A stretch of 64,000 nucleotides of DNA from an uncultured bacterium (GCA_965147305.1 CBCTJT010000017.1:40015-104014); one strand, 5' to 3'. Counted from the stretch's first letter, positions 9,162 through 18,052 are shown. Notes: generated from the letters alone by a model not told the origin. Translations and numbers: made by a program.

Positions 9162-10079
9162 TCATGCCCGCAGTGCGGCAAAAAAGTGTTCCCTGACCGC
9201 TTCTGCATCCACGCCGAGGCACAAGCGCTGTGGGCGCAATCCGGCAAACGGATCTTCACGTGAGGCGAGGGCGCTGAGACGTCTCACTGTCTGACCACGA
9301 CTGATGCCCTCCGTTATTACGCGCACTGGTGCTTCGGTCACGGTAAACGCCTGTGGCAAAGCCAACCAAGAGAGCGTGAGCGTGTCGTGCAGCGCCATGC
9401 CATCAAACCCCTCCTTTTGCAGACTGTACGCCAGATACGGACGGCATATCGCGCTCAGTACCGGCTGATTTAACTGCCGCACTTCATCACCGGTAATCAG
9501 CACCTTGTGCGTCACATCCAGCGGGAGCAGCACCACCGGCAGCGCCGAGGCCAGCACCTGATCGGCAGCATGCGGATCTTTCCAGATATTGAACTCGGCA
9601 AACGGCGAGACGTTGCCGGAATGGCCATCAGTGCCAAATGCCCCGCCCATGATCACCAACTCTTTCACCAGTGGAATGATATCCGGAGCCTGATTGATGG
9701 CGCTGGCGATATTGGTCAGCGGCCCAATCGCCACGATGGTGATGGCATGCGGCTGTGCGCGCACGCTATCAATAATGAACTGCACTGCGCTGGGGGCTTC
9801 TTCGCTGTGTGAGTTCTCGTACGCATCGCCTAATCCATCCAGGCCGTGCAGCGTGGCGGGCGCAGAAGGCGCCAATGCCAGTGGCCGCGAGCAGCCACGA
9901 TACACCGGTGCTTCAATCCCCATTTTCTCGCAAAACAGTCGGGCATTCTTTACCGCCTGCCCGACCGCCACATTGCCAAACACCGTGGTAATCCCCAGCA
10001 ACCGCTGCGTCCGCGCCGCATACGCCAGCGCAAAGGCATCATCCACGCCGATATCAGTGTCAAAAATCAGGGTACGCAT
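9162..10079 (-). CDS. Nucleoside hydrolase (inosine/uridine-preferring family)
   Basis: MRTLIFDTDIGVDDAFALAYAA carries the DXDXXXDD nucleoside-hydrolase fingerprint. 305 aa, typical length. Confidence 0.85.
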   Translation of the reverse strand: MRTLIFDTDIGVDDAFALAYAARTQRLLGITTVFGNVAVGQAVKNARLFCEKMGIEAPVYRGCSRPLALAPSAPATLHGLDGLGDAYENSHSEEAPSAVQFIIDSVRAQPHAITIVAIGPLTNIASAINQAPDIIPLVKELVIMGGAFGTDGHSGNVSPFAEFNIWKDPHAADQVLASALPVVLLPLDVTHKVLITGDEVRQLNQPVLSAICRPYLAYSLQKEGFDGMALHDTLTLSWLALPQAFTVTEAPVRVITEGISRGQTVRRLSALASREDPFAGLRPQRLCLGVDAEAVREHFFAALRA

Positions 10080-10155
10080 CGGGTTCTCCTTTCAAATGAT
10101 GTTTCCCACGTTAAAGCATAATCGTGTGCAAAGGTAAGCCAATCGTTGCCCGTTA

Positions 10156-10184
10156 TTGTCTCCCTCGCTGCGCCAGCGTATTAT
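10156..10184 (+). promoter_or_regulatory. Putative sigma70 promoter of the crcB leader (TTGTCT-17 bp-TATTAT)
   Basis: -35 TTGTCT at 10156-10161 and -10 TATTAT at 10179-10184 with a 17-bp spacer. This would start transcription just 5' of the riboswitch aptamer. Confidence 0.5.
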
Positions 10185-10193
10185 CGTGCCGCT

Positions 10194-10258
10194 AAGGTGA
10201 TGGCGTGCCACCTTCCCCAACCGCCGTTCTGGAAACAGACGGCTGATGACGCCTGACA
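10194..10258 (+). promoter_or_regulatory. Fluoride riboswitch aptamer (crcB RNA motif)
   Basis: AAGGUGAUGGCGUGCCACCUUCCCCAACCGCCGUUCUGGAAACAGACGGCUGAUGACGCCUGACA matches the conserved crcB-motif blocks (GGnGAUGGnGU, AACCGCC, GGCUGAUGAnGCCU). It lies directly upstream of crcB. Confidence 0.85.
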
Positions 10259-10306
10259 ACACTCTTATCCCTGTGCGGGAGACGGCGGTGTGTCAGGCGT
10301 TTTTCT
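10249..10306 (+). terminator. Riboswitch expression platform: intrinsic terminator overlapping the 3' aptamer strand
   Basis: ACGCCTGACA (10249-10258) pairs with TGTCAGGCGT (10291-10300), followed by TTTTCTG. The 5' arm reuses aptamer nucleotides, so the two folds are mutually exclusive. Confidence 0.7.
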
Positions 10307-10352
10307 GTCCTGCCGCGGCCCTGCGCGTAACTCATTTCAGGAGCTCCAAAGT

Positions 10353-10730
10353 ATGTTGAAGTCGTTACTGGCTGTGATGCTCGGTGGTGCTGTGGGCTGT
10401 TCACTGCGCTGGCTTATTTCTTTGCGTTTCAACGCGCTGTTTCCCAATTTGCCACCGGGCACCTTAATGGTGAATCTGGTCGGCGGTTTTATCATCGGTG
10501 CAGCGTTAGCGTTTTTTGTGCGCAATCCCCATATCGACCCTTTATGGAAACTGCTGATCGTCACCGGTTTATGCGGCGGCTTAACCACCTTCTCCACCTT
10601 TTCAGCGGAAATTGTCGGCTTGCTGCAAACCGGTAAATACCTGTGGGCAATGTCGAGCGTGATGGTGCATGTGATTGGCTCACTGCTAATGACCTTCGCC
10701 GGCTTTGCGGTGGTGAATCTGCTGGGATAA
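10353..10730 (+). CDS. crcB: Fluoride ion channel CrcB/Fluc (125 aa)
   Basis: ORF trimmed to MLKSLLAVMLGGAVGCSLRW (CAGGAG SD). GTLMVNLVGGFIIG and GLCGGLTTFSTF are CrcB signature segments. Confidence 0.9.
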   Translation: MLKSLLAVMLGGAVGCSLRWLISLRFNALFPNLPPGTLMVNLVGGFIIGAALAFFVRNPHIDPLWKLLIVTGLCGGLTTFSTFSAEIVGLLQTGKYLWAMSSVMVHVIGSLLMTFAGFAVVNLLG

Positions 10731-10848
10731 AACCCCTGTGCATCACGGGCTTGAAATAACTCCTAAGAGGTAGATACTGGTCGGTGTTCTGTTTGCGTGA
10801 CAAACAGAATCTGTCACCGATTTATCCGGACGATTAGGGAGCCCGTTG

Positions 10849-11646
10849 ATGCGAAGTAACCCCAAATTCCTTAACCTGGTGTTGTTAAACGGTGAACCTG
10901 AGCAGAAACTGCGCGCGGCTCGTGCTGCGGGTTTCGATCAGGTCGAAATCTGGCGGGATGATGTGGAGGCCAGTACGCCGCAGCTGGCCCAGCAGTTAAA
11001 CCTGGGTTTTACCAATGTTCAGGTGCTGCGCGATTTTACCGGCACTCCTGACCGCGAACGTTTACAAAAACGCGAAGAGCTGCGGCAGTTTATACAGATT
11101 GCGCAGTCTATCGGCTGCAATACCATTCAGGCGCCCGCCACCACGCGAGATGATTGCGTGGCGGAGCGTATCGATGAAGATCTGCGCTGGATGGCTTCTG
11201 AAGCCGCGCGCTATAACATGCGCATTATGTACGAACCGATGGCATGGTGCAGCGTCGACAACACGCTGCCGCTGGCCTGGGAACGCTTGCAGCGTCTGGA
11301 CCAACCGAATATCGGACTGGTGGTCGATCTGTTCCATATTTGTGCTTTGGGCGGCGATGCGTCGCAGCTGGATGGTATTCCTGCCGATCGTATTTACGAA
11401 GTGCAGCTGTGTGATATGGCGGAGATGCCACCGCAAGAGAAGGGCGCGCTGAGCAATTTTGCGCGTCACCAGCGGTTACTGCCCGGTGACGGCATCATCG
11501 AAGTGGAACGCTTTGTCGATAAGCTGAAAAGTGCCAGCTATCGTGGTCCGGTCGGCATTGAAGTGTTTAACGATGGGCTAAAAGCGCAACCACCGGAAGT
11601 GGCCGCGCAAAAAGCCTGGCGCGCACTAAATCGCTACTGGCCTTAA
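10849..11646 (+). CDS. Sugar phosphate isomerase/epimerase (xylose-isomerase-like TIM barrel) family protein
   Basis: 265-aa ORF. AAGFDQVEIW near the N-terminus and the YEPMAW / DLFH segments are typical of AP_endonuc_2/TIM-barrel proteins. ATG at 10849 preferred over TTG at 10846 (TAGGGAG SD). Confidence 0.65.
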   Translation: MRSNPKFLNLVLLNGEPEQKLRAARAAGFDQVEIWRDDVEASTPQLAQQLNLGFTNVQVLRDFTGTPDRERLQKREELRQFIQIAQSIGCNTIQAPATTRDDCVAERIDEDLRWMASEAARYNMRIMYEPMAWCSVDNTLPLAWERLQRLDQPNIGLVVDLFHICALGGDASQLDGIPADRIYEVQLCDMAEMPPQEKGALSNFARHQRLLPGDGIIEVERFVDKLKSASYRGPVGIEVFNDGLKAQPPEVAAQKAWRALNRYWP

Positions 11647-12251
11647 TCCTGCAAGCACTGGGCAATGAAGGTGGCCGCCTGCATCGCACCCTGTGATGAG
11701 ATGGTGTGACCGGTGGCGGCTTCATAGCGCGCTTCTAACGTCACGCCCGCCGCTTGCAGGCGCTGCGCGGCGGATTCACTCTCGCTATACGGAATCACCC
11801 CATCCGCTTTGCCATGAATCAGCAGCGCAGGCGTGTGCGATGTCGGGCTTAACGCACCGTCAAAGGACAAGCGTCCGGAAAACGCCACCACGCCCGCCAG
11901 CGGATGGCGACCCTGTGCCAGTGCATCCAGCGCCATGATCGAACCTTGAGAAAAGCCCACCAGAATCACTTTATCCCACGCGTCCGCCATGCCGTGCTGC
12001 GCCATTAGCTGCTGCAACGTCTCATCGAACGCCGCACGTGCTTCACGCACTCGCGCTGGACGATTTTCAGGGGTAATGCCCGTCAGGCTAAACCACTGAT
12101 AGCCCATCGCATGTTCAAACGGATAGGGCGCATTCGGCGAGGCAAAAGCCACATCCGGCAGCAGGCTGGCCCAATGCTGGCCGAGTCCTGCCAGATCGTC
12201 GCCATTACTGCCCACACCATGTAAAAAAATCACCAACGCTTTTGCCATCAT
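11643..12251 (-). CDS. Phospholipase/carboxylesterase-family alpha/beta hydrolase (YpfH-like)
   Basis: LVIFLHGVGSNGDDL and the GFSQGSIMAL nucleophile elbow (G-x-S-x-G); 202 aa. 4-bp convergent stop overlap with the TIM-barrel gene. Confidence 0.8.
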   Translation of the reverse strand: MMAKALVIFLHGVGSNGDDLAGLGQHWASLLPDVAFASPNAPYPFEHAMGYQWFSLTGITPENRPARVREARAAFDETLQQLMAQHGMADAWDKVILVGFSQGSIMALDALAQGRHPLAGVVAFSGRLSFDGALSPTSHTPALLIHGKADGVIPYSESESAAQRLQAAGVTLEARYEAATGHTISSQGAMQAATFIAQCLQD

Positions 12252-12259
12252 CCTGCTCC

Positions 12260-13201
12260 TTAAAGTCCGTAATCCGCCATATCCGGGCCAACTGGCACAA
12301 TGCCGTTCGGGTTCAGCGCTTTAATCGAATAGTAACCCTGTTTGATATGGTCGATATTCACTGTCTGACGCACACCGGAAACCGCCAGCATACTCTTCAG
12401 ATAGCGATCGAGCAGCGGATAGTCGCGCAGGCGGCGCAGGTTACATTTGAACAGGCCATGATAGGCGACGTCAAAGCGCACCAGCGTCACGAACAAGCGA
12501 ATGTCGGCTTCGGTCAGGCGCTCGCCCAGCAGGAAGGTGCGGCCATCTTTCAGGCGTTGTTCCAGTTCGTCCAGCTGACTGAACACATCGTTAAACGCCT
12601 GCTGATAGCTAATCTGCGTAGTGGCAAAACCGGTGCGATACACGCCGTTATTGAGACGCGGATAGATCGATTCGTTGATCGCGTCGATCTCAGCACGCAG
12701 ATCCTCAGGGTAAAGATCGAGGCTGTTGTCGGCCAGATCGCCAAACCCGCTGTTCAGCATACGCAGGATGTCAGCTGACTCATTGTTCACAATGGTCTGG
12801 GTCTTTTTATCCCACAGTACTGGCACGGTCGCGCGGCCGGTGAAGTCGGCATCGGCACGGGTATAGATTTCGTGGATGTACTCGGCTTTGTTGAGCCAGT
12901 CACGATCGGAGCCAGGATAGTCACCTAAGTGCCAGCCTTGCGCACCCAGTTGCGGTTCCACCACCGACACGCTGATCACTTTTTCCAGCCCTTTCAGGCT
13001 GCGTGCCACCAGCGTGCGTGAGGCCCACGGGCAAATCAGCGCCACATACAGATGATAGCGATCCGGCTCGGCGGCAAATTCGCTGGAGCCGTCTGCGGTA
13101 ATCCAATGACGAAAACTGGACGTCTGGCGAACAAATCCGCCCTGTTTATCGGTGGCCTGAACCGGATGCCACTCTGCGCTCCACTTACCGTTTACCAACA
13201 T
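12260..13201 (-). CDS. yqjG: Glutathionyl-hydroquinone reductase (Xi-class GST)
   Basis: DRYHLYVALICPWASRTL contains the Cys-Pro-Trp-Ala Xi-GST active site. Collinear with E. coli YqjG as I recall it (VPVLWDKK, NGVYRTGFAT, TEADIRLF). Confidence 0.85.
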   Translation of the reverse strand: MLVNGKWSAEWHPVQATDKQGGFVRQTSSFRHWITADGSSEFAAEPDRYHLYVALICPWASRTLVARSLKGLEKVISVSVVEPQLGAQGWHLGDYPGSDRDWLNKAEYIHEIYTRADADFTGRATVPVLWDKKTQTIVNNESADILRMLNSGFGDLADNSLDLYPEDLRAEIDAINESIYPRLNNGVYRTGFATTQISYQQAFNDVFSQLDELEQRLKDGRTFLLGERLTEADIRLFVTLVRFDVAYHGLFKCNLRRLRDYPLLDRYLKSMLAVSGVRQTVNIDHIKQGYYSIKALNPNGIVPVGPDMADYGL

Positions 13202-13300
13202 ATGCTCGACTCCTCTCTGGTGATGAAGTGAGCATACAGCGCTGCCGGTTAGGTGATAATCCGGGCAAAACGTCTTTCATTGCTTCCAAATTGGAAGGAA

Positions 13301-14200
13301 TCAGCCGGGTGGATGCTGCTGGAAATGGTCGGCGAGGAAGTCGATTAGCAGGCGGGTTTTCTGCGCCAGATGGCGGGCAGGGGGATAGAGTGCAAACAGG
13401 CCCATCGGCGGCGTGGCGAAATTTTCCAGCAACGAGACGATATCCCCGCGCTGCAACGCGGGTGCGGCGATAAAACCGGGCAGACGTGCGATGCCCAATC
13501 CGGCGATGGCGGCTTGTAAACAGGCTTCGGTATTGGAGAAACACAGGCGACCGCGAATCGGCATGGAAACGCTGTCGCCGCACGGCGTAACAAACGGCCA
13601 GTGCCACGGATCGCGGAAGTTGGTATCGCTAATACATTGATGCGTCGCCAGGTCGCGCCAGTGCTGCGGCGTGTTGTGCTGCAGAAGATAGCCCGGCGAC
13701 GCCGCCACGCGGATGGGCACATCGCCGAGTCGGCGCGCAATCAAACTGCTGTCATCCAGCTTGCCGATGCGAATGGCCATATCGAAGCCTTCATCAACGA
13801 TGTTCACCGCGCGATCCGAGAAATTCACGTCCAGCTCAATCAGCGGATAGTGACGGGCAAATTCCACTAGCACGCTGGCCAGCACCGCCGTGCCAAAGGT
13901 GCCGGGCGCGCTGATTTTCAATCGACCTGTCGGCGTGGTGGCATTCTCGCGCACCGTGGCATCCAGCGTGTCGAAGGCTTCTAGCAGGGTTTTCACTCGT
14001 TCGTAATAGGCGCGGCCCACTTCGGTGGGTGACAGCGCACGCGTACTGCGTTTAAACAGCTGCACGCCGAGTTCCTGCTCCAGCCTCGAAACCAGCTTGG
14101 AGGCCTGACCGCTGCTGGTGCCCAGTCGCTCGGCCGCCCCGGCAAAACTGCCCACTTCCAGCACCGCAACAAACATGCGGTCACAATCGAGACGATCCAT
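13301..14200 (-). CDS. LysR-family transcriptional regulator
   Basis: ORF trimmed to MDRLDCDRMFVAVLEVGSFAGAAERLGTSSGQASKLVSRLEQELGVQLFKR (LysR wHTH); 299 aa. Divergent from the gene at 14331. Confidence 0.85.
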   Translation of the reverse strand: MDRLDCDRMFVAVLEVGSFAGAAERLGTSSGQASKLVSRLEQELGVQLFKRSTRALSPTEVGRAYYERVKTLLEAFDTLDATVRENATTPTGRLKISAPGTFGTAVLASVLVEFARHYPLIELDVNFSDRAVNIVDEGFDMAIRIGKLDDSSLIARRLGDVPIRVAASPGYLLQHNTPQHWRDLATHQCISDTNFRDPWHWPFVTPCGDSVSMPIRGRLCFSNTEACLQAAIAGLGIARLPGFIAAPALQRGDIVSLLENFATPPMGLFALYPPARHLAQKTRLLIDFLADHFQQHPPG

Positions 14201-14330
14201 GGCGGTTCCTGAACAGCGAAAAGGGTGAGTATACACCGATGGTCGATGCACATTCAGTGCGCCCCCTCTTTTCCCCTGCCACAAAACCTGTTGAACTAGC
14301 TGTTCGCCTTAAGCTGGCCGGGAGCCATGC

Positions 14331-15455
14331 ATGTCTTTGCTTCACCTGTCATCGCTGGCGGAGATTTCCGCCCTCGAATGGGATGCGCTGTTACCTGACG
14401 ATCAACCGTTTTTACGCCATGCCTTTCTTCTCACGCTGGAAGAGAGCGGTAGCGTGCGGCCGGAAAACGGCTGGCAGCCGGACCACTTACTGTGGCGCGA
14501 AAATGGCGTGCTCAGCGCCGCGCTACCGGGCTATCGCAAAGGGAATTCTCAGGGTGAATACGTCTTTGATCACGCGTGGGCTGATGCCTGTCACCGCGCC
14601 GGCATTCCATACTATCCAAAATGGCTGGGAGCGATTCCATTTAGCCCGGTTACGGGTGCGCGTTTATTGGGTGAGCAAGCCGCCATCAGCCAACTGCTTG
14701 CAGCGTTGCCCGATAAACTGCTGCAAAACGGCCTGAGCGGTGCACATATCAATTTCACCACGCCGTTTGCCAACGATGTGATGGAGCAGCAGCCCGACTG
14801 GCTGGCGCGTCTTGGCATCCAGTATCACTGGCACAACAAAGGTTACCGCGATTTTCAGGATTTCCTCGACACGCTGATGTCGCGCAAGCGTAAACAGCTG
14901 CGCAAAGAGCGTGAGCAGGTGGCGAGCAGCGGCTTTGAGTTCAACTGGTATCGCGGTGACGAACTCAGCGAAGACCAGTGGGATTTCGTCTACACCTGTT
15001 ACGCCAACACCTATGCGGTGCGCGGACAACGTCCTTATCTCACGCGGCAGTTCTTCAGCCTGCTGGCCGAACGCATGCCGCGATCGATTCGCGTGGTGAT
15101 CGCCACACTGCAGGGCCATCTGGCCGCCATGGCGTTCTATTTGGTGGATGGTAACTCGCTGTACGGACGTTACTGGGGCTGTCTGGCGGAGTTCGATCGC
15201 CTGCACTTTGAAACCTGTTTTTACCAAGGCATGGATTTCGCCATTGCCGAAGGATTACAGCGTTTTGATGCGGGAGCGCAAGGCGAGCACAAACTGGTGC
15301 GCGGCTTCGAACCGCAGATCACTCATTCCTGGCACTACCTGTGCCATCCGGGATTGCGCGAAGCCGTAGAAGAATATTTGGTGCAGGAGCGGGCAGGGAT
15401 CCGCGCCTATGCTATCGAAGCGCGCGAAGCCCTGCCGTATCGACGCGGCGATTAA
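14331..15455 (+). CDS. FemAB-like / DUF482 GNAT-superfamily acyltransferase
   Basis: 374-aa ORF. N-terminal LSSLAEISALEWDALLPDDQPFLRHAFLLTLEESGS and the C-terminal FDAGAQGEHKLVRGF are as I remember for the PF04339 family. Family assignment is from memory, not a search. Confidence 0.6.
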   Translation: MSLLHLSSLAEISALEWDALLPDDQPFLRHAFLLTLEESGSVRPENGWQPDHLLWRENGVLSAALPGYRKGNSQGEYVFDHAWADACHRAGIPYYPKWLGAIPFSPVTGARLLGEQAAISQLLAALPDKLLQNGLSGAHINFTTPFANDVMEQQPDWLARLGIQYHWHNKGYRDFQDFLDTLMSRKRKQLRKEREQVASSGFEFNWYRGDELSEDQWDFVYTCYANTYAVRGQRPYLTRQFFSLLAERMPRSIRVVIATLQGHLAAMAFYLVDGNSLYGRYWGCLAEFDRLHFETCFYQGMDFAIAEGLQRFDAGAQGEHKLVRGFEPQITHSWHYLCHPGLREAVEEYLVQERAGIRAYAIEAREALPYRRGD

Positions 15456-17284
15456 TCCTCGCCGACAAAACCACCGGTCTGATGCTGCCACAGACGCGCG
15501 TAGAGTCCATTGTGCGCCAGCAGTTCGCGGTGGTTGCCCATCTCAACAATCTCACCTTTATCCAGCACCACCAGTCGATCCATTTTGGCGATAGTGGAAA
15601 GTCGGTGCGCGATGGCAATCACCGTTTTGCCCTGCATCAGCGTTTCCAGGCTCTCCTGAATCGCCGCTTCAACTTCGGAATCGAGGGCGGAAGTCGCCTC
15701 ATCCATAATCAGAATCGGTGCATCTTTTAACAGTACGCGGGCGATGGCGATACGTTGACGCTGGCCGCCGGACAGTTTCACCCCGCGCTCACCAACATGC
15801 GCATCCAGCCCGGTGCGGCCCTGTGGATCGGACAGCAGCGGAATGAACTCGTCGGCGCGGGCGCGGATAATCGCCGCCTGCAGCTCGTCTTCGGTGGCAT
15901 CCGGGCGACCGTACAGCAGGTTTTCGCGGATCGAGCGATGCAGCAGCGAAGTATCCTGAGTGATCATGCCAATCTGCCCGCGCAAACTCTCTTGCGTCAC
16001 TTCGGCGATGTTGTGATCGTCAATCAGGATGCGCCCGCCGTTGATGTCGTACAGCCGCAGCAGCAGGTTCACCATTGTCGATTTACCGGCGCCAGATGGC
16101 CCAATCAGACCGATTTTTTCACCCGGTTTGATATTCAGGTTGAGGCGATTGATCACCTGGCGGCTGCCGCCGTAATCAAAGCGCACATCTTCGAAGCGGA
16201 TCTGACCCTGCGTCACCTGCAGGTTTTTCGCCTGCGGCTCATCCTGCACGCTGAGCGGTTGCGCAATGGTGTTCAGGCCATCCTGCACCATGCCGATATT
16301 TTCAAAGATGCCGTTTACCACCCACATGATCCAGCCGGACATATTGACTAAGCGGATCACCAGACCGGTGGCTAATGCGATGGCACCGACGCTAATCAGC
16401 GACTGGCTCCACAGCCACAGCGCCAGGCCGGAGGTGCTGACAATCAGCAGGCCATTCAGTGTCGACAGCGTGATATCCATGGTGGTGACCATGCGGCTGG
16501 CGTGCTGGGTTTTGTCGGTCTGCTCCTGAATCGCTTCGCGCGCGTAGCGTTTTTCCAGATCGTTGTGCGCGAACAGCTTGATGGTGGCGATGTTGGTGTA
16601 ACCATCGACGATGGTGCCCATCAATTTAGAACGTGCTTCGGAAGAGACCACCGAACGCTGCTTCACGCGCGGCACAAAGAAGCTCAGCGACACGCTATAC
16701 GCGACAATCCAGATGATCAGCGGAATCATCAGGCGCCAGTCTGCCTCAGCAAACAGCACCAGCGAAGTGACGGCGTAAATCACCACATGCCAGATGGCAT
16801 CCACCAGCTGCACTGCGGAATCGCGCAGGGAGTTACCGGTCTGCATGATGCGCTGAGCGATGCGTCCAGCGAAATCGTTCTGGAAGAAGTTCAGGCTCTG
16901 ACGCAGCACGTAGTTGTGGTGCTGCCAACGGATCATGCTGGTCATGCTCGGGTTAATGCTCTGATGCACCAGCATATCGTGCGCGGCGATGATAATTGGC
17001 CGCAAAATCAGCGCGACAAATCCCATCCATAACAGCACCTGCCAGTTGTCGGTAAACAGCGTGGCGGGCGTTGAGTGATTGACCAGATCGATGATGCGAC
17101 TGAGATAGCTAAACAGCGCCACTTCTATCAGCGCCTGTGCCAGCCCGACAATTAGCAGGGCGACAAAGCTCGGCCACACCTGACGAAGATAATAGAGGTA
17201 AAACGGCCAGACGCTGGAAGGTGGAGAATCGGTTGGTGCATCCTGGAAAATATTGATAAAACGTTCAAAACGACGATACAACAT
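15452..17284 (-). CDS. ABC exporter, fused transmembrane + ATP-binding domains (610 aa)
   Basis: Six-TM N-terminal half. Walker A GPSGAGKST, signature LSGGQRQR, Walker B ILIMDEATSALD. Confidence 0.9.
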   Translation of the reverse strand: MLYRRFERFINIFQDAPTDSPPSSVWPFYLYYLRQVWPSFVALLIVGLAQALIEVALFSYLSRIIDLVNHSTPATLFTDNWQVLLWMGFVALILRPIIIAAHDMLVHQSINPSMTSMIRWQHHNYVLRQSLNFFQNDFAGRIAQRIMQTGNSLRDSAVQLVDAIWHVVIYAVTSLVLFAEADWRLMIPLIIWIVAYSVSLSFFVPRVKQRSVVSSEARSKLMGTIVDGYTNIATIKLFAHNDLEKRYAREAIQEQTDKTQHASRMVTTMDITLSTLNGLLIVSTSGLALWLWSQSLISVGAIALATGLVIRLVNMSGWIMWVVNGIFENIGMVQDGLNTIAQPLSVQDEPQAKNLQVTQGQIRFEDVRFDYGGSRQVINRLNLNIKPGEKIGLIGPSGAGKSTMVNLLLRLYDINGGRILIDDHNIAEVTQESLRGQIGMITQDTSLLHRSIRENLLYGRPDATEDELQAAIIRARADEFIPLLSDPQGRTGLDAHVGERGVKLSGGQRQRIAIARVLLKDAPILIMDEATSALDSEVEAAIQESLETLMQGKTVIAIAHRLSTIAKMDRLVVLDKGEIVEMGNHRELLAHNGLYARLWQHQTGGFVGED

Positions 17285-17346
17285 AAAGTCACTCTTTCCG
17301 TTTGGTGAGAGTTAACAGCTTAGTGCAAGTGAAAGGGATTACCGAC

Positions 17347-17841
17347 ATGGATCTGATCATTCGCGGTCGCGAACCGGCCGATGCGGCCGCTTATCAACGT
17401 ATTTACAGCCACCCCGAGGTGTATCGCTGGACCACGCAGCTGCCGTTTCCCAGCGTGCAAACCTGGCAGAAGAAGTTCGAAAACATGGATGCGGCGGGCT
17501 ATATCGGTTTCGTGGCGGAGATTGATGGGCAAATGGTTGGCGAGCTAACGCTGTTTGTTGAACAGCGCCCGCGAACGCGCCATAGCATCAGTTTTGGTAT
17601 TAGCGTCGATCCAGCGTTTGGCGGTCGTGGTATCGGTGAGAAACTGATTCGTAACGCTATCGACTATGCGTTTAACTGGCTCGGCGTGGTGCGCATTGAG
17701 CTGGAGGCGTTTCACGATAACATGCGCGCGATACGGTTGTACCAGCGCCTCGGCTTTGAGCAAGAGGGCGTGAAGCGTAAAGCCTGTCTGCGTGAAGGCG
17801 AGTATCACGACATCGTGGTGATGGCGAAACTGCGGGATTAA
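17347..17841 (+). CDS. GNAT-family N-acetyltransferase (164 aa)
   Basis: ORF trimmed to MDLIIRGREPADAAAY. The RGIGEKLIRNAIDYAF acetyl-CoA-binding motif (R/Q-x-x-G-x-G/A) is present. Confidence 0.85.
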   Translation: MDLIIRGREPADAAAYQRIYSHPEVYRWTTQLPFPSVQTWQKKFENMDAAGYIGFVAEIDGQMVGELTLFVEQRPRTRHSISFGISVDPAFGGRGIGEKLIRNAIDYAFNWLGVVRIELEAFHDNMRAIRLYQRLGFEQEGVKRKACLREGEYHDIVVMAKLRD

Positions 17842-17846
17842 GTGAC

Positions 17847-18020
17847 GTGCGGGCTTTGACCAGGCGCGCATAAAGGCATCATTAAGGCTTGTGCGGTATT
17901 CGGCCAGGTGCGCATAAATGCGTCATTAAAACTTGTGCGGTATTTGGCCAGGTGCGCATAAATGCGGCATTGAGGTTTGTGCGATATTTGACCAGGTGCG
18001 CATAAATGCGCACCCTACAG
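17847..18020. repeat. Tandem array of ~3.9 copies of a 44-bp REP-containing unit
   Basis: Units start at 17847, 17891, 17935 and 17979 (GTGCGGTATTYGGCCAGGTGCGCATAAATGCGNCATTRAAACTT). The last unit ends in the perfect palindrome GGTGCGCATAAATGCGCACC (17995-18014). Confidence 0.9.
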
Positions 18021-18041
18021 CGGCGGCGGCGGCGGCGGCGG
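18020..18041. repeat. (GCG)7 trinucleotide microsatellite
   Basis: GCGGCGGCGGCGGCGGCGGCGG read directly. Intergenic, between the convergent 3' ends of the GNAT and SBP genes. Confidence 0.95.
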
Positions 18042-18052
18042 TGTGTTCGTAG

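Noticed and set aside
17847-18020. Possible CRISPR array (regular 44-bp period)
   Set aside because: All units are similar along their whole length, so there are no unique spacers. There are only about 4 copies and no cas genes or leader. This is a REP tandem array instead.
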